A DNA stretch of 64,000 nucleotides from Bacteroidia bacterium (GCA_965216465.1 CBDCFW010000006.1:64001-128000), one strand, 5' to 3'. Positions 46,592 through 59,641 are shown, counted from the first letter of the stretch. Program-made: numbers and translations. Notes: generated from the sequence alone by a model not told the origin.

Positions 46592-47457
46592 ATCATTGCA
46601 TCATCTATTGCCTTCATGGTTGCCTTATTAACAGGAACCACTGGAAGCCTAAAGTAGTTACTGCAAATCCCAAGCTTTTCTAGAGCGTATTTCACTCCAC
46701 CTGGATTTCCATCCATAAAGATTGCCTTCATCATAGGAAGCAGCTTGTAATGGAGATGTCTTGCACTTTTAAAATCACCATCTAGGGCGTAATTTACCAT
46801 TTGTGAAAATTCTTTTGGAAATGCATTTCCTATAACAGAAATCACGCCAGTCATTCCAGCTGCGATATATGGCAAGGTATAGTTATCGTCTCCACTCACA
46901 ACGGTAAAACCTTCTGGCTTATCTCTTAACACATCCATACAAACTTCAAAGCTTCCACTTGCTTCTTTGGTTGTTACAATATTTGGTAGCTCTGCAATTC
47001 TCAACGTTGTTTCAGCACTTACCAAAGAACCTGTTCTACCTGGAACGTTATACATAATTACCGGAAGAGGAGTGTTATCTGAAATTGCTTTATAATGCTG
47101 ATAGATTCCTTCTTGGCTAGGTTTATTGTAGTATGGACTTACACTTAAAATGCCATCTACACCAGAAAGATCTGTTGTCTTCAAACGATTAACTACTTCT
47201 TCAGTGTTGTTGCCTCCAATGCCAAATACTATAGGTCGTCTCTTGGCATTTACCGACTTAACACGCTCCAAAATCTGTGCTTGTTCTTCGGCATTAATAG
47301 TTGGGTTTTCACCTGTTGTACCCATTACAACCAAGTAATTTACCCCACCCTCAATTAAGTGGTTGGTTAATCGGTCTAAACCTTCAAAATCAATACTTCC
47401 GTTCTTGTTAAAAGGAGTTACCATAGCTACTCCTAATCCTCTAAACTTATCTATCAT
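46588..47457 (-). CDS. dapA: 4-hydroxy-tetrahydrodipicolinate synthase
   Basis: Motifs GTTGE, PYYNKP, YNVPGRTG, KEASG, SGDD. Confidence 0.95.
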   Translation of the reverse strand: MIDKFRGLGVAMVTPFNKNGSIDFEGLDRLTNHLIEGGVNYLVVMGTTGENPTINAEEQAQILERVKSVNAKRRPIVFGIGGNNTEEVVNRLKTTDLSGVDGILSVSPYYNKPSQEGIYQHYKAISDNTPLPVIMYNVPGRTGSLVSAETTLRIAELPNIVTTKEASGSFEVCMDVLRDKPEGFTVVSGDDNYTLPYIAAGMTGVISVIGNAFPKEFSQMVNYALDGDFKSARHLHYKLLPMMKAIFMDGNPGGVKYALEKLGICSNYFRLPVVPVNKATMKAIDDAMI

Positions 47458-47966
47458 TTAATGTGTTTTTTAATTTCTTCAAATAATACTTCTGCATTGT
47501 CTGCATCTGATTTGATCATAAAATCATGAGCAAATGCAAATTCTTGCATGTGTTTTCCTATGCGCACTTTGGCTACAGACTGAGCAGAAATAGCTTGCAA
47601 TTGAATTTTGCCTGCTGTATCCAAATTGATTAGGTAGTCAAAATCTGTCTTAATAAATCTTCCAATTTTTTCCTCTTTAGGAAGGCCCCAATAATTTAGA
47701 TCAGCAAGACAGAAATATTCTTCTTTGTAATTTGGAAGATACAATCTAATCTCTTTTTGATCTACATACCCAATTGATGTAACCTGCTTGCCTAACGACT
47801 CAAAATAATGAACAATCTTGGTCATGTACTTGGAACTTACATCATCTGTATCGTAAACTACACCAATGGTTCTTACATCAGAAAAAGATTTAAATTCTTT
47901 GTTAGCCGCCGCAGGTTTGTGACGGGTGGTCATAAATCTAGCTATCTTTTCTTTTAGGTTAGACAA
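47454..47966 (-). CDS. Conserved hypothetical protein (DUF6913-like) upstream of dapA
   Basis: DLNYWGLP, FD.LINL, S.AK.RIG. A -7 element lies at 47974-47981. Confidence 0.75.
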   Translation of the reverse strand: MSNLKEKIARFMTTRHKPAAANKEFKSFSDVRTIGVVYDTDDVSSKYMTKIVHYFESLGKQVTSIGYVDQKEIRLYLPNYKEEYFCLADLNYWGLPKEEKIGRFIKTDFDYLINLDTAGKIQLQAISAQSVAKVRIGKHMQEFAFAHDFMIKSDADNAEVLFEEIKKHIK

Positions 47967-47993
47967 AGGATTGCAAAGGTAAGCTTTTACGCC

Positions 47994-50051
<2,058 letters not shown>

Positions 50052-50137
50052 TTATGCCGCAAACAAGAAAATTATTCGCACATGACTAAATTAATCGGTT
50101 GATAAACTAATCAATTCCCATTGTACTTTTGTTCGAG

Positions 50138-51793
50138 ATGAAGTCATTTTTTGTAGTCTTTTTTACGGCTTTAAGCATTCAACTGGTAGCACAAAGCCCA
50201 TTAACTTCAAACGGATTCAACTATCACCTCACAGACAGATATGAAATTCAAAGTGGAGTTCTAGCTACAGTTGTTTACACAGGAATAAAGCCTTTTAGAA
50301 GAGACAGCTTGCCTTACTTTCATTATAATATGATTGCAAACTCAGTTTCTGATTCTTTTAATTTTGACTATCTCGATTTCGATAATTTTCTTTTTAACGA
50401 GAAGAAAGAATCAAACTTAAAATTACCATTAATCAAATCATTTTATAAATACAGAACGGCACTTTACTCACACCGATCAAATGATTTCGGGTTAATAGTA
50501 AATCCCGTGCTGGGTTTCAGTGGAGGAACAGGCTCTGATAGCCTTTCTACCTACCGAAACAGTCGAGGGTTTGAAGTTCGCGGACACATCGGAAAAAAAG
50601 TAGGCTTTTACACTTATGCACTTGAAAATCAGATACGTTATCCAGAATACTTAATAAACCAACAAGCTCAAACTGAAATTGTTACAGGAGCTACACTTGC
50701 AAAACCTTTTGGAACTCAATCGCGCGACTTTTTTAATGTTCGTGGCTACGTAACCTTCTCTCCGATTGAGCAAATCATGGTTCAATTTGGCCAAGATAAA
50801 AACTTCATTGGCAACGGATATCGATCGCTAATTTTAAGTGACATTGCTGCACCTCATCCTTTCTTAAAGATCAACACCAAGGTTTGGAAAATAAACTACA
50901 TGAATCTCTATTCTCAACATACTGACTTTAGAGGTTACCAAGAAAAAGCTCCAACACTAAGAAAGTATGGTGCACTGCATCATCTAAGTGTTAACCTTGG
51001 AAAAAACTTCACACTCGGCTTATTTGAGAATGTAATTTTTGACCGGCAAGACAGCCTAGAGTCGGGCAACTATGAATTTCACTACCTCAACCCATTGATA
51101 TTTTACCGAGCAGTTGAACACGGATTGAATAGTAGCGACAATGTTGTACTTGGTGCAGATTGGAAATGGAATTTTATGCGGCGATTTTCTTTTTACGGTC
51201 AAATCGTATTTGATGAATTCATAAAAGATGAGTTTATATCCGCATCGAGCTCTTGGGTGAACAAGTGGGGATACCAAGCCGGACTCAAATACATTAATGT
51301 GGCAGGTATAAACAATCTCGATGCTCAGGTTGAAATAAACCAGCTTCGCCCACATGTATATCAGCATGAATTTAAATCACAAAATTGGATTCACTACAAC
51401 CAAAGTTTAGGGCATCCATTAGGAGCTAACTTCAGAGAATTTGTAGGTATAGTTCGCTATCAACCCATTCCACGTCTCAACTTAACAGCCATCTACACCT
51501 TCTCAAAACAAGGAATTGATTCGAGTATAACAACTACAAATTTTGGAGGCAACGTGACTCGAGGAACGGTTGACTTACAAAACAAACGAGACGTTCATCT
51601 TTTCCAAGGAATTGAAAACTCTGTTGGAATGTTCTCTTTCGATGCTTCCTATATGCTCGGTCACAATCTATTCTTAGATGCAGGAATCTTTCTACGTAAT
51701 CAAAACAACAGCATGGTTGGAGACCTAAGCACCACAATTTATCGTGTAGGCTTACGTCTTAATGCTGCAGCCTTAGATTTAAGACAACCTTAA
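50138..51793 (+). CDS. Outer-membrane protein, RemB/Wzi-like
   Basis: Signal peptide, FIGNGYRSL.LSD, YLNPLIFYR, YGQ..FDEF, HYNQ.LGHPLGANF.E. Promoter TACTTTTG at 50124-50131. Confidence 0.75.
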   Translation: MKSFFVVFFTALSIQLVAQSPLTSNGFNYHLTDRYEIQSGVLATVVYTGIKPFRRDSLPYFHYNMIANSVSDSFNFDYLDFDNFLFNEKKESNLKLPLIKSFYKYRTALYSHRSNDFGLIVNPVLGFSGGTGSDSLSTYRNSRGFEVRGHIGKKVGFYTYALENQIRYPEYLINQQAQTEIVTGATLAKPFGTQSRDFFNVRGYVTFSPIEQIMVQFGQDKNFIGNGYRSLILSDIAAPHPFLKINTKVWKINYMNLYSQHTDFRGYQEKAPTLRKYGALHHLSVNLGKNFTLGLFENVIFDRQDSLESGNYEFHYLNPLIFYRAVEHGLNSSDNVVLGADWKWNFMRRFSFYGQIVFDEFIKDEFISASSSWVNKWGYQAGLKYINVAGINNLDAQVEINQLRPHVYQHEFKSQNWIHYNQSLGHPLGANFREFVGIVRYQPIPRLNLTAIYTFSKQGIDSSITTTNFGGNVTRGTVDLQNKRDVHLFQGIENSVGMFSFDASYMLGHNLFLDAGIFLRNQNNSMVGDLSTTIYRVGLRLNAAALDLRQP

Positions 51794-53049
51794 GTCTTTT
51801 GCTTTTTCTTCTTAACTGAAGGAAACAGAATATTGTTCAAAATCAGTCTATACCCAGGAGAGTTAGGATGTAGGTTAAGATCGGTTGGTGGCTCCCCTAC
51901 CATATGTCGGTAATCTTCAGGATCATGTCCACCGTAAAAAGTAAATTGGCCTTTGCCCATGGTTCCATGAATGTAACGAGCTTCGTTTAGGCTTTTATTC
52001 TCACCCATGATTATAACCGAACTCTTAACATGCTCTTTCTTAAAAGCTGTTGTCTGACCCATAAATGCCTTGATTACGCGAACATGATTTTGGGTTAATA
52101 TAGTTGGAATTATGTCCCATTTTGCCGAAAACTCATTTAATGCAAAAAGGTCATTCTCTTCACGAATTCTCCTTGCTCGAGGGTCAACATCAATACTTGA
52201 CACCTCGTAAGCCATTGGGTTCATTTCAATACTAAAATCCTCAAAAGCAAACGTGTTGTCATAGTTTAACTTTGATTGTGCCCCTGACTCAATTGGATCT
52301 CCATCGAACATGTGCTCACAGATATCAACTCCATCAGCGGCTAATGCAATATCGTAGCTATCCGTAGCAGAACACATAGCAAACAAGAAACCTCCTCCGA
52401 GAGTAAAATCTCTAATTTTCTTCGTTACCGCAAGCTTTAATTCAGAAACAGTTTCGTACCCATGACGCTCAGCCATTTCTTCCGCTTCACGAACCTGTTC
52501 TTTATACCAACTTGAATGGCGATAACCAGCCCAAAATTTACCGTATTGACCTGTAAAATCTTCATGGTGCAAATGCAACCAATCGTAGGTCGGAAGCTTG
52601 CCCGTTAAAACCTCGTCGTCAAAGATTACGTCATAAGGAATTTGTGCATAGGTTAAGACCATTGTAACCGCATCGTCCCAAGGTTGTGCTGTTTTAGGCG
52701 AATACACAGCAATTTTTGGAGCCTTTAACAGTTTAACAACTTCTGCATTAACAGCAGGACTAGCAATCTCATTTTTGATTGATTCTGCCTTCGCTTCTGA
52801 AATACTAACAAAACTGATTCCTCTTAGCAGACATTCCTTTTCAATGGCCTCATAATGATCCATTAAAAAGCTCCCGCCTTCATAATTAAGTAGCCATTCC
52901 ACCTCTTGATCCTGCTCTAACACCCAAAATGCTAAACCGTAGGCTTTTAGATGGTTTTTTTGAGACTCATTCATCGTAATCAAAAGTTTATCTGCAAAAC
53001 CTGATAGCGATAATAGCGTAAAGCCAAGTATGTAAATTATTCTTTTCAC
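51790..53049 (-). CDS. Conserved secreted Bacteroidota protein with a class I amidotransferase-like fold (often mislabelled asparagine synthetase B)
   Basis: Signal peptide, NHLKAYG, WLHLHHEDFTGQYGKF, GGFLFAMCS, GGHDPED. Confidence 0.75.
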   Translation of the reverse strand: MKRIIYILGFTLLSLSGFADKLLITMNESQKNHLKAYGLAFWVLEQDQEVEWLLNYEGGSFLMDHYEAIEKECLLRGISFVSISEAKAESIKNEIASPAVNAEVVKLLKAPKIAVYSPKTAQPWDDAVTMVLTYAQIPYDVIFDDEVLTGKLPTYDWLHLHHEDFTGQYGKFWAGYRHSSWYKEQVREAEEMAERHGYETVSELKLAVTKKIRDFTLGGGFLFAMCSATDSYDIALAADGVDICEHMFDGDPIESGAQSKLNYDNTFAFEDFSIEMNPMAYEVSSIDVDPRARRIREENDLFALNEFSAKWDIIPTILTQNHVRVIKAFMGQTTAFKKEHVKSSVIIMGENKSLNEARYIHGTMGKGQFTFYGGHDPEDYRHMVGEPPTDLNLHPNSPGYRLILNNILFPSVKKKKQKT

Positions 53050-53408
53050 TTAATGAGTGTATGTGTAATTTTATGTCCTAGTATAACGAATAACAATCCT
53101 AAAACATTGCTTGCAAGAATGTAACTCAAAAGCATCTTATAGTCAGAAGCTTTAAGCAATTTAAACATATCGAGTCCAAAGCTTGAGAAGGTCGTAAATC
53201 CACCTAAAAATCCAACTGTTAGTAACAAGTGCCACTTTGATGCTTGCTCAAACAAAAACACGCTTAGTATTCCGATGAGTAAACACCCAATCATATTAAC
53301 CGTAAATGTACCAAACGGAAAAGAAGATGACGACTGCAAATAGCTGGCGATTAACCAACGAAGTCCAGCACCTATCCCACCTCCAACGATTACATAGATT
53401 AAATTCAT
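53046..53408 (-). CDS. crcB: Fluoride efflux channel Fluc
   Basis: Motifs GG.IGA.LR, PFGTF.VN, GF.GGFTTFSSF. Confidence 0.95.
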   Translation of the reverse strand: MNLIYVIVGGGIGAGLRWLIASYLQSSSSFPFGTFTVNMIGCLLIGILSVFLFEQASKWHLLLTVGFLGGFTTFSSFGLDMFKLLKASDYKMLLSYILASNVLGLLFVILGHKITHTLIK

Positions 53409-54223
53409 TCGGCGTAAATATATTCAAAGATATATTCTGCTTCAAGCTCTCCTTTCGGATTGTAGTGCATTTCGTTGTTTAGCAAGCCATTATCGAGATA
53501 AAAATACTCTTGCTTTTGATTGGTTGTATTATAAGAATGAGCCACTCGTTCATTCTGATTGTAGGCATAAAAAATCTGAGTAAATCGGGGTTTATCTCCA
53601 TAAGTAGTATATGCCGTGCTCAATATCAAACCATTATCTGCCATTTCATAGGATGCCATTTCAATTGGCGTTCTATCTTCAGCAATTGTATACAATTGCA
53701 CTGGCTCGTTTCTCTCATTGTACACAGCAATTGACTTAGTGATTTTTGTCGTTCCGTCTTGTTGAATTAGAGTCGAGTGGGTTGAATCTACCAAGTCATC
53801 GTCTCCATAGGAGTATACATTTGTAAGAACTGTACTATCGTTCGTTTGGTAGAAGAATGTTTTTACCCAAATTGGAGCCTTTCCAATTGTATCGTATTTA
53901 TACGTTGCTCGACTAAAAGGCTTGCCATCCCTTTTCACTTCTAACTGCGAAATGCCTCTTTCTCCGTATTCAATGAACACCTCTTCAGTACTAGGCCAGC
54001 CCATGCAGATCATGTTTGATTTTTCATAAACCATCATACCCTCTTCATTAAACTTTTGATGGTTAAATAAGCAGGTATCGTTATTCTCAATAAACGCATG
54101 AACATAGAGATTCTTTTTTATCTCAAGTACTTGGTTCTTTCTTATCAAACTCGAATCGTTTGCTTGACCGAAAGTAAAAATCGGTAATGAAACGAGAACT
54201 ATCAGCTTTACTATACTTTTCAT
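53405..54223 (-). CDS. Hypothetical secreted protein with YD-like beta repeats
   Basis: Signal peptide after ATG 54223, which overlaps the tsaD stop as ATGA. Repeated Y-x-Y / DNG units. Confidence 0.7.
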   Translation of the reverse strand: MKSIVKLIVLVSLPIFTFGQANDSSLIRKNQVLEIKKNLYVHAFIENNDTCLFNHQKFNEEGMMVYEKSNMICMGWPSTEEVFIEYGERGISQLEVKRDGKPFSRATYKYDTIGKAPIWVKTFFYQTNDSTVLTNVYSYGDDDLVDSTHSTLIQQDGTTKITKSIAVYNERNEPVQLYTIAEDRTPIEMASYEMADNGLILSTAYTTYGDKPRFTQIFYAYNQNERVAHSYNTTNQKQEYFYLDNGLLNNEMHYNPKGELEAEYIFEYIYAE

Positions 54224-55239
54224 TTTCTTGTATAACACACATCATTTAGTGTGCCAAAATTGTTTTGATTCATTTTTATTCTACCGGCATAAGCAATCAT
54301 TGCAGCATTGTCAGTGCAGTATTCAAACTTCGGTATGTAAGCTTTTACCCCGTTGCTTTGCTCCAAATTCATAACCGCATTTCTCAATGCCGAGTTTGCC
54401 GCAACTCCACCAGCAATACCAACATGCTTTATGCCTGTTTGTTTGATTGCTAAATCAAGCTTGCTCATTAAATAAGACACAATAGTGTGCTGAATAGATG
54501 CACACAAATCATTTAAATTTTCAGCTATAAAATTTTCGTTCAATCTTTTCTGTTTTTGAAGGTAGTAAAGAATTGAAGTTTTTAAACCTGAAAAACTAAA
54601 ATCCAAATTACCAACATTGGATGTAGCAAATTGGTATGCCAATGGATTACCTTCATTCGCTAATTTATCAATAATTGGTCCTGCGGGATAAGTAAGATTT
54701 AGCATCTTTCCTGCCTTATCAAATGCCTCTCCTGCAGCATCGTCAAGTGTCTTTCCTAACGTGTCAATCGAATAATCTGCATTTACGCGAACAATTTGAG
54801 TATGCCCTCCCGACACCAATAAACACAGGAAAGGAAGTTCAATTTCATTGTCATCAATGAAATGAGCAAGTGTATGAGCATCGATATGATCGACATTAAC
54901 AAAAGGAATATTATTCGACATTGCCAGCCCTTTTGTGAACGTATAACCAACAAGAAGTGAACCCATGAGACCAGGTCCTTGAGTGCAAGCAATAGCCGTA
55001 AGATTTTTAACTGAAACACCTGCCTTTTTGAGGGCAGCTTGAACAGTAGGAACAACATTTAATTGATGTTTTCTACTAGCCCACTCAGGTACGACCCCAC
55101 CGTATTCTTCGTGAATTTTCTGTGAAGCAACAACATTGGAACATATTTTGCCATCAATTAGCACAGCTGCAGCGGTGTCATCACAGGACGATTCTATCCC
55201 GAGAATTATCTCTTGTGAATTGTTGTATGCTTGTTCCAA
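54220..55239 (-). CDS. tsaD: tRNA N6-threonylcarbamoyltransferase
   Basis: Motifs LGIESSCDDT, YGGVVPE, GPGL, H..AH, LLVSGGHT, DDAAGEAFDK, CTDNAAMI. Confidence 0.96.
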   Translation of the reverse strand: MEQAYNNSQEIILGIESSCDDTAAAVLIDGKICSNVVASQKIHEEYGGVVPEWASRKHQLNVVPTVQAALKKAGVSVKNLTAIACTQGPGLMGSLLVGYTFTKGLAMSNNIPFVNVDHIDAHTLAHFIDDNEIELPFLCLLVSGGHTQIVRVNADYSIDTLGKTLDDAAGEAFDKAGKMLNLTYPAGPIIDKLANEGNPLAYQFATSNVGNLDFSFSGLKTSILYYLQKQKRLNENFIAENLNDLCASIQHTIVSYLMSKLDLAIKQTGIKHVGIAGGVAANSALRNAVMNLEQSNGVKAYIPKFEYCTDNAAMIAYAGRIKMNQNNFGTLNDVCYTRK

Positions 55240-55270
55240 TTTATGTTTGTATTAGTATAAGTTTAAAACG

Positions 55271-58200
55271 TTGCCAAAAATAGTTAAAATACCGCTCATT
55301 GTGCTTGCCATTCTGTTGGGCTTAGGCCTTATTGCACTCGGAATTTTGCAAACCAATTGGTTCAAAAACTATGCAACAAATCGCGTAATTAATCACTTGA
55401 GCTCAGAGCTTAAAGTAAAAGTTCAAATTGATGAAGTTTCAATCGACTATTTCGATAGGCTGTCAGCTAAAAATTTGATTATCGAAGACCGAAATCAGGA
55501 TACCCTAATTTACATTGCTGAGTTGACTGCCGATTACGACCTCTTTACATTCTCAAAAGAAATTTTAAACCTCGACAAAGTAGTAATTAATAATGCCGAT
55601 GTAAACATTGGAGTCTACGACACAACGAACCAACTTAACATTCAATTTTTAGTTGACTACTTCAATCCAAAAGATAGTAAAACACAAAACGAACCACCTA
55701 AGCTATCGTTTGACAAAATAGAATTAAACTCCTCTCGTTTTCATTATTTCAATAAAGTATTGGACCCTCCCTCTACCCGAAGGTTTGATGAAACTGACAT
55801 GGAATACTCTAGCATTGATGCTGTTCTTCACGATTTCACCATTATTGGAGACTCACTCAATTTTGATATTAAATCGTTAAGTACCAAAGAGAAATGTGGG
55901 CTTTATGTAGAAGACTTTTCGAGTAAAACCATCATAAGCAGACAACTGATGTCTTTCACCGACTTGAAGTTTAAAACTAATCGAAGTGAAGTTGAATTGG
56001 ACCTCGAGTTTACTTATTCTCACTACAAAGATTTTGGGGACTTCATTCATAAGGTTCACATAGCTAGTGATGTTGCATCAAGTTCAATTCACAGTCAAGA
56101 TTTGGCCTATTTCCACAACAACCTGAACTCTATTAATGAAGTTATTCAGATTCACGGAACGGCCAGCGGTAAGGTCGACAATTTGACTTGCACAGATTTA
56201 AACCTCAAGCTAGGCGACCAAACAAAATACACCGGCAAGGCTTCTTTGGAAGGAATTCCCGATATCGAAAACATGAGATTCATATTGGACGCGGATAATT
56301 TCGAAAGCTCAACTCAAGAAATTGTTCGGCTGATTGAGATCAATGGCCTTCCTTCTGAATTTACAGAACTTGGTCATGTCGTTTTTGATGGGGAATTTTC
56401 AGGGAAGCTTGACGCTTTTTTAGTGAATGGCAACATCTTGACACGATTAGGAAAAGTAACTACAAACCTAAATTACTCCTCTTCTGGAAACTCGACTTAT
56501 AAAGGGTCAATCGCTGCTCAAGAATTTAACCTAGGGGAGTTACTCAACCTCCCAGAATTTGGTTCGACTTCGTTAAATTTAGACATAGATGGTTCAGGTT
56601 TAACTCTCCATGATTTAAAAAGTAAAGTATACGGAAACATCGACTATTTCGACTACGAAAATTACCGGTACAAAAACATTAGTTTAGACGGCGAGGTAGC
56701 CGAAAATATTTACATTGGAACATTTAATATTGTCGACCCAAATTTCAACTTTGGGTTCAGCGGTAAGTTAGACGCAACCTCAGAAGACGCTATCATTAAG
56801 GTAAACACCAACGTAAACGCCATCAACTTAAAAACGTTGGGACTCGATTCTACTAATGCCTTTGTAAAATTTCATGGCCCAATACACATTACAGCAAGTT
56901 CAATAAATGACATAACTGGAGTCAGCAACTTGAAAAACTTCACCTACTCAAGAGCAGGAAACAATTACAAATTAAAAAAGGTTAAAGTTCGCACAAGTAA
57001 AGATTCATTGTCGGTTCACTCTGACCTTGGCATAATTGCACTATCAGGCAGTTACTTAAACAATGAACTGGGTGGAATTACAGATCATTTAATTTCTATC
57101 TTCAACCCTAACGAGCTAGACTCATTAAGCCCCTTAGAATCTGACTCTATTCGTTTGTTTGCTCAACTCGTAGAACACCATCCTATCTACAAAGAATTTT
57201 TGCCTGGATTCTACTTCGACAGTGCATCATTACTGCTTTCGTACGACTATAATTCAAACAAAATATCGTCTTCAAACTTCATTTATAGCCCTGACTATTT
57301 GAACACAAACAGTAAATGGGCCAGCGTAAAGTTTAAAAACTCAGGCACGAATACCCCAATCAATTTTTCGGTAAACACGGATGGTTTAAATAACGGAGAC
57401 AGCGTGCTTTTTGACGTTCTAAATGCTCACGGTTTTGCAAATGAAGGAATTGTGCATTTTGAAACGACTTCAAGTAAAGACACGTTGTTGGATATCATTT
57501 TATCGGGTCGTTACATGTACCAAAATGATTCTTCTATAGTTTATTTAGACGATTCAAAAGTTGAGATTTATGGAACACCATGGACTCTCAAAAACACCGA
57601 ATTCCCAAATATTATTAATCACAACGGCATTACAGAATTTTTCTACTTTGATTTTAGATATAACGACGAGATCTTGTTTCTCGACGCATCGCTTGGTAGG
57701 CATGCAGATAAACTCAATCTGTCCTTAGCTAATTTCAGATTAAAAAACTTGATGCCATTCTTTACCGCATACGATTTTATGCTTGATGGATCCGCCAATG
57801 GTTATATCGATATTTCAGACCGCGACGGCTATCCATTTATTGAATCCAAATTTAGAGTAGAAAACTTGCAACTAAACGATGACACACTTGGCAATCTTGA
57901 TTTTCAAAGTTCAGCAACAGACGAGTTATTGGTCATTGATGTAGATGGAAAATTAGATAGTGGTATTCTCAATGATCTAAGCATTGAAGGCAACTTAGAC
58001 TTTAATAATTCCAATTCTCCATTAAACCTTGAACTAACGACCGATAGTAGCGGCATTAAACCATTTGAAAAATATTTAGACGGTCTTGCTTCAAATATTG
58101 AAGGGTACTCTACCACCAAAATAAACATCACAGGACCTCTTGAGGCACCAAAACTGACAGGTACAATGCGGATTGATGGCCTTGACTTTGTGGTTGATTA

Positions 58201-59641
58201 TTTGCAAACAAGATACTCCGGCGATGCCCTTCTTGACATCTCTCACAATGCATTTACCATTAACAAGGCCACTGTTTTTGACCAGTATAGAAGTGCTGCT
58301 TCTGTATCCGGCAAAGTATCACATAAAAACTTTATTGACTACCTATTCGACATTCATATCGACAAGCTCGAAAATTTCGAAATCATGAAAACCGAGCGAA
58401 AAGACAATGAGCTTTTCTATGGCAATGCCTTTGTTGATGGAGACATGCACATATCTGGACCATTGGACGACATTCTTTTAGAAATCAACGCTAAAAGTAG
58501 AAAAGGTACAGAGATAGAAATCCCGCTAGATAATTTCGAAACGAGTGGGAAGCTTAGTTATGTTGATTTTGTCAACCTAAAAGAAGATAACAATGCACTA
58601 AATGAAGCCGTAACCAACATTGCGGGAATACAAATGAACTTCAACTTTGAAGTAACCAAAGATGCTAAAGTAACCATGGTCTTTGATGAGCTTTTGGGCG
58701 ACAAGATTGAAGCTGCAGGTCACGGAAATATTCGTATGGAAATTAACACTTACGGCGATTTTAACATGTACGGCGGTCTGACAATTGACGAAGGGAACTA
58801 TCTATTTACTGCTTTTGATTTAATTAACAAATACTTTGTTGTAAAACCTGGCGGAACCCTATTTTGGGATGGAAATCCTTACAACGCGACAATCAACCTT
58901 TCGGCCACCAAGCGCGAATACCCTGTTCCTCAAATTCTTCTTTCCGGCTTGCTTAGCGAAGATGAGCTCGACCAGTATAATCAAGCAATCCCGGTCGACT
59001 GCCATTTAATTCTAAAGGGATTGTTATTTAACCCCGATGTTGCATTTGATCTCTCCTTCCCATCTCAAATTGGCATAAGCACCACCAACAATACTGCACT
59101 GACAACGGTAATTGATAGAATTAAGCTAGATCAAGACGAATTAAGCAGACAAGTATTTGCCCTTCTTGTTCTCGGTGCATTTATACCTCCAAGTTTCGCT
59201 AATGTGTCAGCAGAAGATTACAATGCTGGTACTGGTGTTGCTCATACAGGCTGGAACAGTCTTTCTGACCTAGCGTCAAGTCAGTTGAACAATTGGTTAT
59301 CTCAGTTGGATACTCGTGTTCAAATCGGCCTAGATTACCAAGTCACCGATGCTGAACGAGACGAGATTATTCTTTCACTCCGAAGAAAGTTTTTTAATGA
59401 CCGACTCGAATTGGGATATTCGATTGATGCAGGCGCGGCGGCTGGAACCCGTCCATATGATGTTAATGTTCAATATAACCTCAGCCAAGATGGTAATTTT
59501 AAGATTAGAGGTTTCCAAAAAAATGCAAATGACCCAACATTGGGCAGCATCAATAACATTACGACCACAGGAGTTGGTCTATTCTACAGATATCAGTTCG
59601 ACAAATTCCGCATCCGAAGAAAGAAAAAGAATAAGCAATAA
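55271..59641 (+). CDS. tamB: Translocation/assembly module TamB-domain protein
   Basis: N-terminal anchor, long beta-rich body, C-terminal GNYLFT...W.GNP.NA, QVFALL.LG.F, F.NDRL. Divergent from tsaD. Confidence 0.88.
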   Translation: MPKIVKIPLIVLAILLGLGLIALGILQTNWFKNYATNRVINHLSSELKVKVQIDEVSIDYFDRLSAKNLIIEDRNQDTLIYIAELTADYDLFTFSKEILNLDKVVINNADVNIGVYDTTNQLNIQFLVDYFNPKDSKTQNEPPKLSFDKIELNSSRFHYFNKVLDPPSTRRFDETDMEYSSIDAVLHDFTIIGDSLNFDIKSLSTKEKCGLYVEDFSSKTIISRQLMSFTDLKFKTNRSEVELDLEFTYSHYKDFGDFIHKVHIASDVASSSIHSQDLAYFHNNLNSINEVIQIHGTASGKVDNLTCTDLNLKLGDQTKYTGKASLEGIPDIENMRFILDADNFESSTQEIVRLIEINGLPSEFTELGHVVFDGEFSGKLDAFLVNGNILTRLGKVTTNLNYSSSGNSTYKGSIAAQEFNLGELLNLPEFGSTSLNLDIDGSGLTLHDLKSKVYGNIDYFDYENYRYKNISLDGEVAENIYIGTFNIVDPNFNFGFSGKLDATSEDAIIKVNTNVNAINLKTLGLDSTNAFVKFHGPIHITASSINDITGVSNLKNFTYSRAGNNYKLKKVKVRTSKDSLSVHSDLGIIALSGSYLNNELGGITDHLISIFNPNELDSLSPLESDSIRLFAQLVEHHPIYKEFLPGFYFDSASLLLSYDYNSNKISSSNFIYSPDYLNTNSKWASVKFKNSGTNTPINFSVNTDGLNNGDSVLFDVLNAHGFANEGIVHFETTSSKDTLLDIILSGRYMYQNDSSIVYLDDSKVEIYGTPWTLKNTEFPNIINHNGITEFFYFDFRYNDEILFLDASLGRHADKLNLSLANFRLKNLMPFFTAYDFMLDGSANGYIDISDRDGYPFIESKFRVENLQLNDDTLGNLDFQSSATDELLVIDVDGKLDSGILNDLSIEGNLDFNNSNSPLNLELTTDSSGIKPFEKYLDGLASNIEGYSTTKINITGPLEAPKLTGTMRIDGLDFVVDYLQTRYSGDALLDISHNAFTINKATVFDQYRSAASVSGKVSHKNFIDYLFDIHIDKLENFEIMKTERKDNELFYGNAFVDGDMHISGPLDDILLEINAKSRKGTEIEIPLDNFETSGKLSYVDFVNLKEDNNALNEAVTNIAGIQMNFNFEVTKDAKVTMVFDELLGDKIEAAGHGNIRMEINTYGDFNMYGGLTIDEGNYLFTAFDLINKYFVVKPGGTLFWDGNPYNATINLSATKREYPVPQILLSGLLSEDELDQYNQAIPVDCHLILKGLLFNPDVAFDLSFPSQIGISTTNNTALTTVIDRIKLDQDELSRQVFALLVLGAFIPPSFANVSAEDYNAGTGVAHTGWNSLSDLASSQLNNWLSQLDTRVQIGLDYQVTDAERDEIILSLRRKFFNDRLELGYSIDAGAAAGTRPYDVNVQYNLSQDGNFKIRGFQKNANDPTLGSINNITTTGVGLFYRYQFDKFRIRRKKKNKQ

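Noticed and set aside
53400-53420. Fluoride riboswitch before crcB
   Set aside because: The crcB start overlaps the upstream stop, leaving no leader.
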